Below, piece after piece: positions 50,247 to 61,911 of a DNA stretch of 64,000 bases. The notes beneath the pieces are model-generated. The model was not told the DNA's origin. It made no database searches and worked only from the letters and a program-made list of their open reading frames with translations. Location: positions 1,056,001 to 1,120,000 of the forward strand of contig CBDAOB010000005.1 in assembly GCA_965197905.1 (NCBI GenBank), read 5' to 3'. The translations under genes and the position numbers were made by a program. The stretch is from Candidatus Latescibacterota bacterium. Lineage in GTDB: Bacteria; Latescibacterota; UBA2968; UBA8231. The first letter of the stretch is position 1; each line of letters begins with the position of its first letter.

Positions 50247-51305
50247 CTACCCTCTCGCCCAGGATTGGGTCTCGGCCCTGACGGGCTGGCCGCTTTCCTG
50301 CGACTCTTGTATCAGCAGGAATAGGTACCAATCCTGGCAGGCATCTGCCAATGAGTACACCGGTGGGCCGCCATCAAGGTAGGAGGCCATTCTGAGTAGA
50401 CAATCGCCGATGGCGATCTCCTCGTCTGACAAGGCCGCAGGAGCCAGCGGATTTCGGTACACCCATTCGCCGTCGGCTTGGTACCCCTTGAGATAGTTTC
50501 CTTCCAGGTTGCCTTCAGGTCCGGCACTGTGACGGGTGAAGTCGACCTCGATGTGGGTTAGATCGTCGCGGAGATAACTGGCACGAAGGTCAATGAGCTC
50601 ACCGCGTTCGCCGCGAACCAGCACCCGCTGGTTGCGAATGAGCGATCCGTACTGCGCATCGTCGAAGTCGAAGACGCCGAAGCGATCGCCGTAGTCAAAC
50701 CAGGCGATGGTCTGCTTTGAATCGACGAGAGTGGCACCGGCTTCGGGCTCAATATAGTTGTTGAACTTCAGGAGCGGAGAGGTGACGCTAGTCGCCGTGA
50801 TAGTGGGGTTCTCAAACGACACCCCGAGAAACTTACGCAGCAGGCCAAAACCGCGCTCGGCAGAGATCTGCGCCTGGGAGACGCGGCCGAGCTTGCCGGA
50901 ACGCACGAACGAGAGGCGGGCGGCGTGATGGGGTTGCAGGTAATACTGGTTGGTGACCTGGATTTTAGCGCCCTGTTTGACACGCGCTGCTAGGCCGGTC
51001 AGGTCTTCGAGAGTCTTGCCGGGGTGGCGTTCGGAGAGGACCGGCGCGTTGCGATCCGCCAGCTGGTGTAGCACACCGGGGTTGACGGCCATGGGCAGGC
51101 TGGTGAGGATGAAGAGCGGATTGGTGGCGATCGCATCGTCCAACGAGGGAACGAGCGTGACGCCGTAGCGCCTGTGGAATTCCTCTTTCTTCTCGGGGGT
51201 CCGCGAGACGAGGGCGGTCACCTCGAAGCGGTCGGGACAAGCAGCGGCGGTGCGCAGGAAGAAGTGTGAACGCCAACCGGTGCCGACGATGGCGAACCTG
51301 ATCAT
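50247..51305 (-). CDS. Gfo/Idh/MocA family oxidoreductase
   Basis: FAIVGTGWRS Rossmann start; PVLSE, VRGERGE and LSDEEIAI motifs. Confidence 0.75.
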   Translation of the reverse strand: MIRFAIVGTGWRSHFFLRTAAACPDRFEVTALVSRTPEKKEEFHRRYGVTLVPSLDDAIATNPLFILTSLPMAVNPGVLHQLADRNAPVLSERHPGKTLEDLTGLAARVKQGAKIQVTNQYYLQPHHAARLSFVRSGKLGRVSQAQISAERGFGLLRKFLGVSFENPTITATSVTSPLLKFNNYIEPEAGATLVDSKQTIAWFDYGDRFGVFDFDDAQYGSLIRNQRVLVRGERGELIDLRASYLRDDLTHIEVDFTRHSAGPEGNLEGNYLKGYQADGEWVYRNPLAPAALSDEEIAIGDCLLRMASYLDGGPPVYSLADACQDWYLFLLIQESQESGQPVRAETQSWARG

Positions 51306-51499
51306 GGCTATACTCCACTACCATTCAAAGAGAAAATGAATATAGGATGACGACCAGAGCGAGTCCACATAGACACCCCTCGAACCAGGCAGATCTTCGC
51401 TGGATAGTAACGACGAAGCCGCTTATTGCTACCACCTATACGTAGGATGCGGTGAATTGCCAGAAACAGCTCACACCCCGCAGCTGAGGGCGGCAAAGC

Positions 51500-51985
51500 T
51501 CGGTTGAAACCTCCATTCACTTTCCGTCCGGGGGAGGTCCTGACTGAGTACATGATTCTTGAGCAAAACGCCCCGAACGAACTGGCGGTGTTCACACTGC
51601 CAATCAACTGGGTCAATTATCCTTGAGCCGATGCTTCCAGGAGAGCGCTGACCTGACTTGCGATACGTGCCACGTTCCGCATAAGGACGAACATGCAAGA
51701 AGCGAGTTATTCACCGAGCGCTGTCTGAAGTGTCACGAAATCGCCCGATGTAAGATGGCCGCCGGAATGGGCGGAGGTGGAAGTGAAAGCTGCATCTCTT
51801 GCCACATGCCGTTACGACAAGAGAAAAAGGTCAGGCTGAAAGGACCTGAATCGGATCGAGTTCCCGTCATTCGCGATCACTTCATTCGAGATTTTCCGGA
51901 ACACGGTACCTCTGTCGAGAGGTTCGAGGACAACGTCAGGGGCCGGGAGCCGCTGCCGCGAAGAGGAAGTGTAAAAAGTGAGTGA
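51500..51985 (+). pseudogene. Multiheme cytochrome c fragment (3 CxxCH), 5'-truncated
   Basis: CDTCH, CLKCH and CISCHMP in ORF 51623..51985. An upstream piece PFTFRPGEVLTEY lies in another frame. No signal peptide or credible start. Confidence 0.6.
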
Positions 51986-53118
51986 GACATACCGAGCCGC
52001 CTTAGTCGGGTGCAGCCGCATGGGCGCGTTCATTGACAACGAGTTCGTTGGCTTGCCTGGCCGCATCGCGCCCCACTCGCATGCTGCTGGCTACGAAGCC
52101 TGTGACCGGACTGATTTAGTGGCTGGGGTTGATCTGCGTCCGGATGTGCTGTCGGAGTTCGGGAAGCGCTACGGCGTAGGAGAGAATCACCTGTACACCG
52201 ACTACCGCGAAATGCTCGCCAAGGAGCAACCGGATATCCTCAGCGTCGCCACCCAGCCGGAACAGCGAGCAGAGATCGCTGTCTACGCCGCCGAGCATGG
52301 CGTGAAGGCGCTGTATTGCGAGAAGCCCATGTGCGCCTCTCTCCCGGAGGCCGACGCGATGGTAACGGCCGTTAGAGCGCCACGGGGTGGTCTTCAACAT
52401 GGGCACCAATCGGCGCTGGCACCCCGGCTTCATTAAAATGCGGGAGGTGGTAGCCTCTGGCGACTTGGGCGCGCTCCAGACCCTGGTGATTTACAGCAGT
52501 AACGCCGTGTTCAACGCCTCCAGCCACCACTTTGAGCTGATGCAGCACCTCAACGGCGATGAGCCAGCGACCTGGGTACAGGGATGTCTGCCAGAAGGCG
52601 ATCAGAGCATTGTTGGTGATGAAGTGCGCGAGGACCCCTCGGTGGAGGGCATGTTTGGGTTCGCCAATGGAGTGATCGTTTACCTCATGGATGGGCCGCA
52701 GGGCCGGGAGTATGAGGCTAACTGTGAGCAAGGTCTAATCAGAGCCACCTATCTTGGCGTTGACTTTCTGGTGTGGCGCCGCCAGAGCGAGGGAGTGAGG
52801 CTGGTGGATGCGCCACCCGCGGTGCGGCACCACCGCGGTCTCCAAGCTGAGCTGGTGGCTGCACCCCCCTTAGCGTACACGCCGGCCAGCAACACGCTGC
52901 GGCTCGTCGAGGAAATGGTGCAGGCGCTGGACACCGGCACCGCGCCGCGTGGGGGTGTGCGAGTGGCCCGCGCCAACCTGGAGATTAGCTTCGGGTTTAT
53001 CGAGTCGCACCGGCGGGGCGGGGCGCGGGTATCCCTGCCCCTTCCGGACTGCCGGCTGCGATTGAACCGGCGGACCCACGACCCGCGCGCGCCGTGGTAC
53101 GCACCTGCCTCGGATTGA
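51978..53118 (+). pseudogene. Gfo/Idh/MocA family oxidoreductase with a +1 frameshift at ~52373
   Basis: ORF 51978..52436 (GCSRMG, YCEKP) continues into ERHGVVFNMGTNRRW of ORF 52387..53118 if one T of GTTA is removed. Confidence 0.8.
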
Positions 53119-53154
53119 GGGCTCCTCGCTGCCCACGAGAGGGAAGACAGGCCA

Positions 53155-54084
53155 ATGAGTGACTACCGATTCAAACTGAGCATGTTCCTGTCTGAGCTCG
53201 GCTTGCCCTTTGAGGAGGCCCTTGCTACCGCCAAGGACATCGGCGCCGAGTACGTGTGGTTTGGCGGTGGGGGTGAGGAAACCCCGATCGCCGAGATGAG
53301 CGATGCCGAGGTGGATCACATGGCTGCCCTCGTCGCCCAGCACGGCCTCCAGCTCCATCTCGTGCGGGCAGGCAGTCCTTTTAAGCAACTCCACCTCACC
53401 GATCTCGATCTGGAGGCCATGGGAGACCAGCCCCTCTTCCGCCAGGACTTCGACCACCTCACCCGCTCGATGCAGATCGCCGCCCGGCTGGGGGTGGGCA
53501 CGGTCCTTGCCTTCACGTTCGCTTGGCCGGGTGAGTACTCCGCGGGCAAACCTACCTGGCCGATGCGCTGGATCACGCGCGGTGGTGTGATTGCCGAGGT
53601 GGACATGGAGAAGTTGGTCAAAGCGTTTTCCCTGGTGCTGGAGCAGGCCGAGCGCTACGACGTGGACGTGGCCCTCTTCCTGGAGCCATGGCAGTACACG
53701 AATACGACTGGCAACTTCCGCCGCTTGGCCGAGCGATTGGGATCGCCGCGGATTAAGGCGCTGTGGGGGCCAGCGGACAACTTCAACTGTGGCGAGGCGG
53801 ATGTAGCGACGGCTGGCTTCGCCAATGTACAGTCCTATCTGCACGGGTTGCATCTAAAGGACCTGCACGTCATTGACGGCCAGCAGTTGGACTTCGAATA
53901 CTGTGCCCTCGGGCTCGGAGATGTAGACTATGTGACCATCCTGCGCCAACTCCGCGAGCACCGCTCCGAGGCAATCTTGGCAGTGGCGACGCATTTCCAG
54001 CCGGCCAACGGATCGCAGGTCGATGCGATGCGCACGAACTTCGCCCAACTCAAGCAGCTCATCAAAGCGGCAGGCTTTCCTTAG
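53155..54084 (+). CDS. Sugar phosphate isomerase/epimerase (xylose-isomerase-like TIM barrel)
   Basis: LHLKD, LG.GDVDY..IL..L and W.PA motifs. Several canonical acidic metal ligands look degenerate. Confidence 0.7.
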   Translation: MSDYRFKLSMFLSELGLPFEEALATAKDIGAEYVWFGGGGEETPIAEMSDAEVDHMAALVAQHGLQLHLVRAGSPFKQLHLTDLDLEAMGDQPLFRQDFDHLTRSMQIAARLGVGTVLAFTFAWPGEYSAGKPTWPMRWITRGGVIAEVDMEKLVKAFSLVLEQAERYDVDVALFLEPWQYTNTTGNFRRLAERLGSPRIKALWGPADNFNCGEADVATAGFANVQSYLHGLHLKDLHVIDGQQLDFEYCALGLGDVDYVTILRQLREHRSEAILAVATHFQPANGSQVDAMRTNFAQLKQLIKAAGFP

Positions 54085-54154
54085 TTTGCAAAGAGCACCG
54101 CCAACGACTTTGCCATTCCGCTGTTTCTCATACAGATGCTGGGGAGACCACCTG

Positions 54155-55573
54155 TCAACACACTATCTCTAGCGGGATTCCCAAACCAATAGAAACCCGG
54201 CCGAGAGCTTCGACGTGTTCACCGAGGCCAAGAGCGCCGTGATGTGTAGGGCCGTACGAGCTCCACCGCTCAACAAAATCTCGAAGTCCGCAAGAGAATC
54301 GCACCCGACAATTGGTATCTCCCAACGAGAGTGTTGGTCCATCCTCGACAACTCCTTCAGCGGCGATCATTCGATAATCTCCACGCGCATCTTGGGTGAC
54401 AGATACAAGTGTTACAGGCCCCGTTTCCGGGTAGAACTGGGTCAGAAAACCTTTGCCACTCTTGCCATGAAAGACCTCCGACGCAGAAAGCGATGGCTTT
54501 TTTGAAGATATTGCCGGATCGCCTGCACCACTGTGCCCTATGAAACAGATGTCGTCCTCAAAATCCATCGAGTAGAGTTCGGCAAGCGTCGTGCTTCCGG
54601 CAATACTCTTGAGGATAAGCATGGCGATGCCGGCCTTGATGTCACCCTCAACCGGGCAAGCAATGCCATCGGCCATGAGTAGCGAAAGCACCGGATTGAG
54701 AGCAGCGAGGAGCTCAGCGCGCTCGCCACTGGACTCTCCCTCATAATGACTTGCAATCCCGCAGAGGTTGTAACGGCTGACAAACCTCGAGAAGGCACCA
54801 TAAAAGGTGGCTATAGAGTTGACTTCTTCTCTGTCTAATGAAGTGGGAAAGTCAAAAAGCGATTCAATGCGAGCGATCCCGAGTTCCTTGTCTGCATCCG
54901 TAACGTTTGCCAACTCGGCGATGATGTCGTCCCAATCGAGATGGTGGATGAAAGTGCCGAATTTATTTAGTAGGTGTGTCTCATCTACATTGAGGTCAAG
55001 CATCCCGGCAAAGGGGCGGCCGAGTAACGCGATGGACTGAGACACAAGCCGCCTGTGAAGCGTCGCAATGGAACACCATTGTCGTAGACGCTGATCGAGA
55101 ATTGCGTCGTTATCCAGGTGTCCAGTGATGGTTGAAAAACGTTTTCCAGACCTGAGCAAGACCGCCGTCATTTCCGGTAGACCCGCGCAGGTAACGCCAA
55201 CACCGAGCCAGTCAGCGATGGTGTTGACCTGGGTCAAATCCAGGGCCTTGACGGGTTGCACATTCAGAAGGACGATTGGAACATCAAGGGAAGCTACAGC
55301 CGGAAGGAGGGTCTCGGAGTTTGCGTAGGTAGCGAGATGGCAGAAAACGATGTCTACTTGAGACTTTGAAAACAGATCCTCGGCATTGCGTGCAGTCGCC
55401 ACGGAGTCTACGAGCCCGGCAGGGACAATCTCTCCTTGCCCCTTGAGTAGCTGGGCCAGGCGCCCGTGCGTATTTAAGATCCCTTCTTTCATTCCAGGGA
55501 ATTGTTCCCAGTAGTTACCTAGTCCAATGACCATGAGACCGATTCGGGCTACGTGTTGTTGTATCTCTGCCAC
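54155..55573 (-). CDS. L-fucose/L-arabinose isomerase family protein
   Basis: GL..YW.QFPG, GMLDL, EGDIK, GHSG.G, FHGKSGKG, GDTN.R.RF and GPTHH.ALG.G motifs. Confidence 0.85.
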   Translation of the reverse strand: MAEIQQHVARIGLMVIGLGNYWEQFPGMKEGILNTHGRLAQLLKGQGEIVPAGLVDSVATARNAEDLFSKSQVDIVFCHLATYANSETLLPAVASLDVPIVLLNVQPVKALDLTQVNTIADWLGVGVTCAGLPEMTAVLLRSGKRFSTITGHLDNDAILDQRLRQWCSIATLHRRLVSQSIALLGRPFAGMLDLNVDETHLLNKFGTFIHHLDWDDIIAELANVTDADKELGIARIESLFDFPTSLDREEVNSIATFYGAFSRFVSRYNLCGIASHYEGESSGERAELLAALNPVLSLLMADGIACPVEGDIKAGIAMLILKSIAGSTTLAELYSMDFEDDICFIGHSGAGDPAISSKKPSLSASEVFHGKSGKGFLTQFYPETGPVTLVSVTQDARGDYRMIAAEGVVEDGPTLSLGDTNCRVRFSCGLRDFVERWSSYGPTHHGALGLGEHVEALGRVSIGLGIPLEIVC

Positions 55574-55730
55574 ATCCTTCTCCTACGTTACAGTTTTTTG
55601 ATTATAATCAATCTCAATTTCGATTACGGAACGTAAAGAAAAGATGTGCGTCCCTAAAGACCCGAAACGGGAATTTGTCCGCACCAGTGGGCGGAACTCC
55701 TGCGTTTATCATACTTGAAGGAGATCAGCA

Positions 55731-57302
55731 ATGCCGAGCACCTACGAAACCGCGCGCATAGTTCGGGCCACGCCCAAGCGCCTGTTCGAAGCGTGGCTGG
55801 AGAGCCAGGAACACTGCGACATGACGGGTGCTGCCTGCGTTATCGGTCCGGGGGAAGGGGAACCGTTCAGCATCGCCGATGGGCAGATCACAGGGCGGAC
55901 TCTCGAAGCGGAACCGTACCACCGCATCGCGCAGGTCTGGAGCACCGAGGAACCGGGCGGTAGAGTGTTCGAATCACGAGTCGAGATCACCTTCAGCACG
56001 GGGCCGTCGTGGGGAGGGTTGCCGGGATCTGCCGCAGATGGGGCGACTATCGGGATTCGCCATTCAGGTTTGCCCCCGGAACAGCGGATTTTCTCACCCC
56101 AGTGGTGGGAGGACAGCTACTTCCAGCCAATGGATGCCTATTTCGCCCGGGGAAGCACCAGGTTCATGCGCCCTTCACCCGCCCCCACAACAACTGCGAT
56201 CACCCGCTTCAGCGAGCACCTGATTCACGGAGGTTTCGCCTACGCCGTCTCGGCCGCCGACATCACCGGCAACGGAGCTAAAGATCTGCTGGCAGTGGAC
56301 ACCAACGTCGGCCTCTACCTGTTCGAGAATGATGGCCAGGGCAACTTCTCGCGACACGTGATCCGCCGGCGGGTCGGAGAGTGGCTCGAAAGACATGCCA
56401 TCGCTGACATCAACGGCGATGGCAAGCCGGAGGTCGTATCGGTGGACAATACCAACGGTTGTCTGCTCTACTTCGAGTGCGGCGGAAACCCCAGGGACAG
56501 TGCCTCATGGAAGCACCACTACATCACAGAGGGCGGGCTCCCCGGTGCCTACGACCTGACGGTCGCGGACCTGGACGGGGATGGGGACCTGGACGTGGCC
56601 GCGTCGAGCTGGAGAATCGGCAACCACTTTGCTTGGTTCGAAAACCGCCAGGGCTCGTGGGTAAAACACATGATCGAGGATAGTATCGGCGAAACTCGAG
56701 CTATCCACGCGGTCGACTTCGACAGCGACGGACACCTTGACCTGCTCGGTACAGCTTACACAGGCAAACAGGTCGTATGGTACAGGAATCCGGGCGACCC
56801 GTCCCGCCAGCCCTGGGAGAAGTACGTCATCGACTACGCCTCCGGACCGATGCACGGCCAGCCCGTCGACATGGACGGCGACGGTGATTTCGACGTGGTG
56901 ATGGCCCTGCGGGGTTCGGACGACCCCGCCGCCGTCGGCCTCAATCAGATCGTCTGGTACGAAAACGACGGTTCGCCGGAATCAATCCCCTGGAACAAGC
57001 ACGTTATTGCCGACGGCTTTCCATCGGCTTTCGAGGCCGTTGCAGGCGACATCGACGGAGACGGACAAATCGAAGTGGTGGCTACGGCGTGGGGCATAGA
57101 CGGGCGGCTCGTTCTTTTCAAACATCGCGGCGACCCGAGAGGTCCGTGGGACATGCAGATTCTCAAGGAGGGTTGGCCTAACGTCACCCAGGCGATTCTG
57201 GTCGACCTGACGGGCGACGGGCGACTCGATATCGTTGCCAGCGCCGAGCGCGGCGCCAACGAGCTGCGCTGGTGGAAAAACGAAGGTCCAGATTCGCGTT
57301 GA
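55731..57302 (+). CDS. SRPBCC/AHSA1 domain fused to FG-GAP/VCBS repeats
   Basis: N-terminal ATPKRLFEAWL...RIAQ.W...SRVEITF...WEDSYFQPM, then about seven D.DGDG.LD repeats with W[FY]EN.G. Confidence 0.8.
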   Translation: MPSTYETARIVRATPKRLFEAWLESQEHCDMTGAACVIGPGEGEPFSIADGQITGRTLEAEPYHRIAQVWSTEEPGGRVFESRVEITFSTGPSWGGLPGSAADGATIGIRHSGLPPEQRIFSPQWWEDSYFQPMDAYFARGSTRFMRPSPAPTTTAITRFSEHLIHGGFAYAVSAADITGNGAKDLLAVDTNVGLYLFENDGQGNFSRHVIRRRVGEWLERHAIADINGDGKPEVVSVDNTNGCLLYFECGGNPRDSASWKHHYITEGGLPGAYDLTVADLDGDGDLDVAASSWRIGNHFAWFENRQGSWVKHMIEDSIGETRAIHAVDFDSDGHLDLLGTAYTGKQVVWYRNPGDPSRQPWEKYVIDYASGPMHGQPVDMDGDGDFDVVMALRGSDDPAAVGLNQIVWYENDGSPESIPWNKHVIADGFPSAFEAVAGDIDGDGQIEVVATAWGIDGRLVLFKHRGDPRGPWDMQILKEGWPNVTQAILVDLTGDGRLDIVASAERGANELRWWKNEGPDSR

Positions 57303-57419
57303 AGGATTGCATCCGCCGCGCACGAAATCGAACCGAACATCGCGGTTCACCATCGCTGTCTCTGGTCGGCCTCCTCCATGCCCATCAAACACGAGAAGCT
57401 GGTCGATGCGAAGCAGTAG

Positions 57420-60400
57420 TCAGCTGTTGTTGTAGCGCGCCGTGACTTCCTCCGCGGTCAATGCTCGGCCATAGACGGTGAAGTCATCGATCGTAGAATC
57501 GCAGTACCAGTTGCCGAATCTCCAGCCAAGATTGATCCGGCTCTGCTCTCCGGCCGGAAGAGCGACCACCTGGTCGCCGAACCGGCTCCCTTCGTCGTCA
57601 CGGATCTGCTCAAACCCGTCCAAATAGAGCCGTACGCGCGTCGTGCTCCAGGTGACGACCACGTGATGCCACTGTCCGGCTTCCCAAGCGGTGATATCTC
57701 CTTCCGCCGTTCCGTGGAGATGGCCGACATCGTCCTTCAAACGAACTCGGAGGTCTCCGAAGAGCGTGCACAGCGCCAGTGAACTGACGAGAGGTGTCTG
57801 GCCTTCGACGTGAAACACGGATCGCTGTCCGGGCGTGGCAGGGTCCGGCTTGAAATTGGGCTGTACCCAGAGCTCGATGGCACCAGAGCCGCGGAGCATT
57901 TCGGGTGGAGCCGGTAGCTGCGCGTAACCGTTCTTTCCGACCGCAACGGCACGGCTACCAGCCTTGCGACCGGCGACGAACTCGATACGGCCAACGCGCT
58001 GCCCCAGCGTGGTGCCTCGGGGTGTGGTGCACTGCAAGTCGCCTTCAAAGCCGGCCTGCAGCAGGATTTCGGCTCGAGACCCCGGTGGGACCACGACCCT
58101 TTGTTTGAGGGGTTGGGGCGACGGGGGAAGCTCGCCGGGCCTAATCCCCTCCCGATGGAAGTAGGCCGCCGTGTGTGGCGAGTTGCGCGTGTTCATAGAA
58201 AACGATTTGCCGTCCCGTCTCTGGCGCCATTTCCCTCACCTGCGCCCAGAACGCCCTGGTGGCGACGGACAGATAGCGCTGGTCGCCGGTCATCTCATAG
58301 CCGAAGCGGAATGCGTCGTCCCGAGAAGATTCAAATGGGTGAGGCCGGCAAGACGGTTCCGGCGATTGAGCGCATTGAACTCGTAGACAAACCCGTCGAG
58401 CTCGGGATTCCACATGTGGTCGATCAGCCAGTCGAGACCGATGGTGATCACCTCGCGAAGTTCCTCGTCACGGGTGATGGCGTAGTAGGCGCCCAGGCCG
58501 TCGTGAAGCTGGCCGGTCATAAACAGTTTGCATCCGTCCATCATCCACGACCGCCACCACTTGCCTTCGCCGTGAGCGGCCAGCGGGTCGCGGGCGTAGA
58601 TCTTGATGTAGTCTACGATCTCCGTAGCGGCTGCGAGGTATTTCGCGTCGCCGGTGACCACATAGGCGCGACACAACACCATCAGTGGCCAGCCGAGCTG
58701 CCGTTCCGCTCCAGCGAAAATATTCCGAATCCGGCCGTGACTGTCGCCTTCGGCGATTGCGGAGACGCGATCTGCTATCAAGCGCACCGCCTCAAGGCTG
58801 CGTTCGTCGCCGGTGAGGTAGTAGGAGTCGGCAGCGCCGTCGACAAAGACATGACCCCATTCGAGGCCGGTGGTAACCGCTTCGTGGGTCTCGGCGCGGG
58901 CGCCGTACCCATGGAAGCGTTGCTCGCCATTTTCGTGGTTCAAGTCTATGTCGATGAAGTGCTGGTTGCAGGCGATGGCAAAATCGAGATAGTCACGCCT
59001 GCCGCTGCGCGCGTAGAGGAGAAAACAGCCGTGGGCCGTGTCGTACTCCAGATCGCCCCGGGTCAACTCGTTACCGTACCCTCCATGGTAATAGTCGCCG
59101 TAGTGCAGCATGCCGTTTTCTCGCGGCATGCTCTCGCGCTGGTCGCGCAGGCTCTCGAACGCTCGGCGTATTTTGCGGTCGTAGTCGACCGTCTCCGGCT
59201 CACCGGCCGGGGACAGGGGTCCGAAGGCATCGGTTCTGCAGAAATAACCCGGTTCGACCGTCGCGATCAGGGGTTGTTGAAAGGTGGCGACGCGGTTTGG
59301 AAGGTCGTCGTCATCAGGTCCGCCGAAGGTATACAGAACGTGGTGCGTTTTCGCCCGCGTGCGGCCAAGCTTGAGCCGCTCGTCTTCGTGGCTGCTCCAC
59401 AGGGCCAACTTCACCTGACCGGCGGCCAGCTCGATCGCCTTGGGCGCCAGCTGCCAGAAATCGCGAACCGCCGTTCCAAGGGTACCCCGGTCACTTGCAA
59501 GAATCGCCCAACCGTTCAGCTTTTGCACCGCTTGGACCGGGGCGTCACCCGGGCCGGATTTGCAGACCATATTTGCGTTCGCCGCCAACAAGGCGGTCCT
59601 GCCCTTGGTGACTGACCCCTCGACAAAACCCGAATCTCTCGGAAGCGTGAACCGCTGCTGCTCCCCGAGTTCGGGGTTGAGCTCAACGGCGATCTCTTTG
59701 ACTTCGTGCAATTCCGGCTGCCCCAGGCAGATGAAGGTTAGCTCCGCCTTCATGTACGATTGGCCGGCGTAGAAGCGCAGCCGCGTGTCGAGCTTGTAGG
59801 CGCGGTTGCCCGCGGCGTCCTGCAGCCAACCGACCAGGTGGACGGTGGCTCTGACTGGGCCGGTTTCCTCGATGGTTATCGTTTCGGGCTTGGAAGCGGA
59901 CGAGTTGTGTACGGTGCCGTCCGCCAGCACGAACCGCATTGTGGAACCGTCGAGAAGCAGTTGCCGTGAATCATCGTCCTTTTGAATCCAGACCGATCCG
60001 AGCAACGCCAGGTCGTTCTTGGGTATCGTCAGTCGGACGGGACCGGTGTCGACAATTATTTCATTCGGTTGTTCGTCGATCTTCAGTGGTGTTCTTGGTG
60101 GTGGGGAATCGCCGGGAACGAAATGGTATGTGCGATCGGTGTTTGCGGGACAATCCGCGAGAAACTGAACCAGCAGCCACTTCACCGTTCCGTCGGGCCA
60201 GGTACCCAGAACCTTGGTCTGCGTCGGTATCGGTTCGCCACCGGGGATTCGAACGTGCATCGATTGGCCAACCGATAAAGTTCCTTGGACAAACGGCACG
60301 CCGGAGCAGACTGCTTCCCGGACGCGAGCGATTCCGGTGGCGTCGGTGACGGTGAGCTCACGGGATCCGGCGGCTGAGCTTCGACGTAGCTAACGGCCAC

Positions 60401-60445
60401 GAGCCCCCCTGCGAGACAGGTGGACAGCAGTTTCTGAAATGGCAT
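57420..60445 (-). pseudogene. Large exported protein, PcRGLX/YetA-like (exo-rhamnogalacturonan lyase-like) with a C-terminal LamG-like domain; three frameshifts (~60365, ~58322, ~58218)
   Basis: Signal peptide in ORF 60182..60445, then SGVPF..G, WPDGTVKWLL, RDFWQ..PK, G..HYGD and Y.LTGD, then AFRFGYEMTGD.RYL, then a LamG-like domain (G.IE.W..P, QWHHVVVTW, LYLDG, IDDF.VY.RAL). Confidence 0.7.
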
Positions 60446-60681
60446 GAATCAGCTCTCTCTGCGAATGGAACGATGCGCGAATGTAGATCGTCCGATTCCG
60501 AGCGTCCATCCCGTTCCTCTCCCTTGCTGCGACTAACGATAATGGCGTTATTAGGCCTTGTCGGGAAAGGGAATTTACGAATGGACGCAGGTGTCGGTTG
60601 GCAGGTTAAAATCCGAAATAGCCAAAGCGTAGGTGGAGATAGATAAATGGTCGGAGAGATCGTGAATTGGTTGAATAGCAG

Positions 60682-61890
60682 ATGAAAATCGCAGAGATCA
60701 ACACCTTTGTGGTGGCGAACCCGCCCCCTCACCGCGGTGGCCCGTACTTCGTCTTTGTCAAACTGACCACGGACAACAAGATCGACGGGGTCGGCGAAGT
60801 CTACGGTACTCCCTTTCACCCGGCCAAGGTGACGCAGCTGATCGAGGACATAGGCGAGCGGTATGTCATGGGGTGGGATCCATTCAAAACCGAAACCTTG
60901 TGGAGGCTGGTTTATTCCAGCGGCTATACTCAGAATCCCGACCTTACCTTGATGGGCGTGTTGAGCGGCATCGAGTTGGCGTGTTGGGACATCGTCGGAA
61001 AAGCGTTGGAGCAGCCCGTTTACAATCTGCTCGGCGGCCAGGTACATGAAAAGCTGCGCTCCTACACCTATCTCTATCCAGCATTCGACGAGGTCGACGA
61101 AACGGAAGGGGCCCTGGCGATCGCGGACGTGTTCGGCGATCCGGACCTGGCGCCCAAACGGGCGGCGCACTACGTGGAGCAGGGGTTCACGGCGATCAAA
61201 TATGATCCGGTGATGCCCATGTCCGCATTCGATCCGCGCCAGCTTTCTCTAGCAGCACTGGACAATGCCGAGCTGGTCACCAAAAACCTGCGCGAGGCGG
61301 TGGGTAGCAGGTGCGACCTGCTCGTCGGTACCCACGGCCAGATGACCACCTCAAGTGCCATTCGCTTGGCCAAACGGCTTGAACCCTACGATCCACTCTG
61401 GCTAGAGGAACCAGTGCCGCCGGGGAATTTGGAGGAGATGGCGCGAGTTGCGCGCTCGACCAGTATTCCGGTAGCCACCGGAGAACGTCTAGCCACTAAA
61501 TACGAATTTGCCGGCCTGCTGGAGAAACAGGGGGCCTCCATAATTCAACCGGCGCTGGGACGGGTGGGAGGCATCCTGGAAGCCAAGAAAATCGCTGGTA
61601 TGGCGGAAGCGCATTTCGCAGAGCTCGCCCCTCATCTGTATTGCGGCCCGGTGGAGGCGGCAGCGAATATTCAGGTGGCCACCTGCAGTCCGAATTTCCT
61701 GATTCAGGAGAGCATCGAAACCCTCGGCGGCTTCCACGCGGAGATCCTCAAGGAGCCGATTCATTGGGAGGACGGCTTCATCATCCCGCCCAACAAGCCG
61801 GGTCTCGGCGTCGAGTTGGATGAGGAGGTGGCGGCAAGACATCCATACGAAGGGCCCGTATTTCCCGACATGGTAGACCACCCGATCTGA
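60682..61890 (+). CDS. Mandelate racemase/muconate lactonizing enzyme family protein (galactonate dehydratase-like)
   Basis: SGIELACWDIVGK, GFTAIKYDP, GTHGQ, WLEEP, PVATGERL, APH.Y.GP and PGLGVELDE motifs. Confidence 0.92.
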   Translation: MKIAEINTFVVANPPPHRGGPYFVFVKLTTDNKIDGVGEVYGTPFHPAKVTQLIEDIGERYVMGWDPFKTETLWRLVYSSGYTQNPDLTLMGVLSGIELACWDIVGKALEQPVYNLLGGQVHEKLRSYTYLYPAFDEVDETEGALAIADVFGDPDLAPKRAAHYVEQGFTAIKYDPVMPMSAFDPRQLSLAALDNAELVTKNLREAVGSRCDLLVGTHGQMTTSSAIRLAKRLEPYDPLWLEEPVPPGNLEEMARVARSTSIPVATGERLATKYEFAGLLEKQGASIIQPALGRVGGILEAKKIAGMAEAHFAELAPHLYCGPVEAAANIQVATCSPNFLIQESIETLGGFHAEILKEPIHWEDGFIIPPNKPGLGVELDEEVAARHPYEGPVFPDMVDHPI

Positions 61891-61911
61891 GGCCCCCTAC
61901 TCGAGGGTTCC

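Noticed and set aside
58101..59615. Long antisense ORFs (504 aa here; also 40586-41899, 27566-28804, 24417-25454, 21506-22507, 18754-19680)
   Set aside because: They lie opposite genes with clear motifs and have no motifs of their own; typical shadow ORFs in GC-rich DNA.
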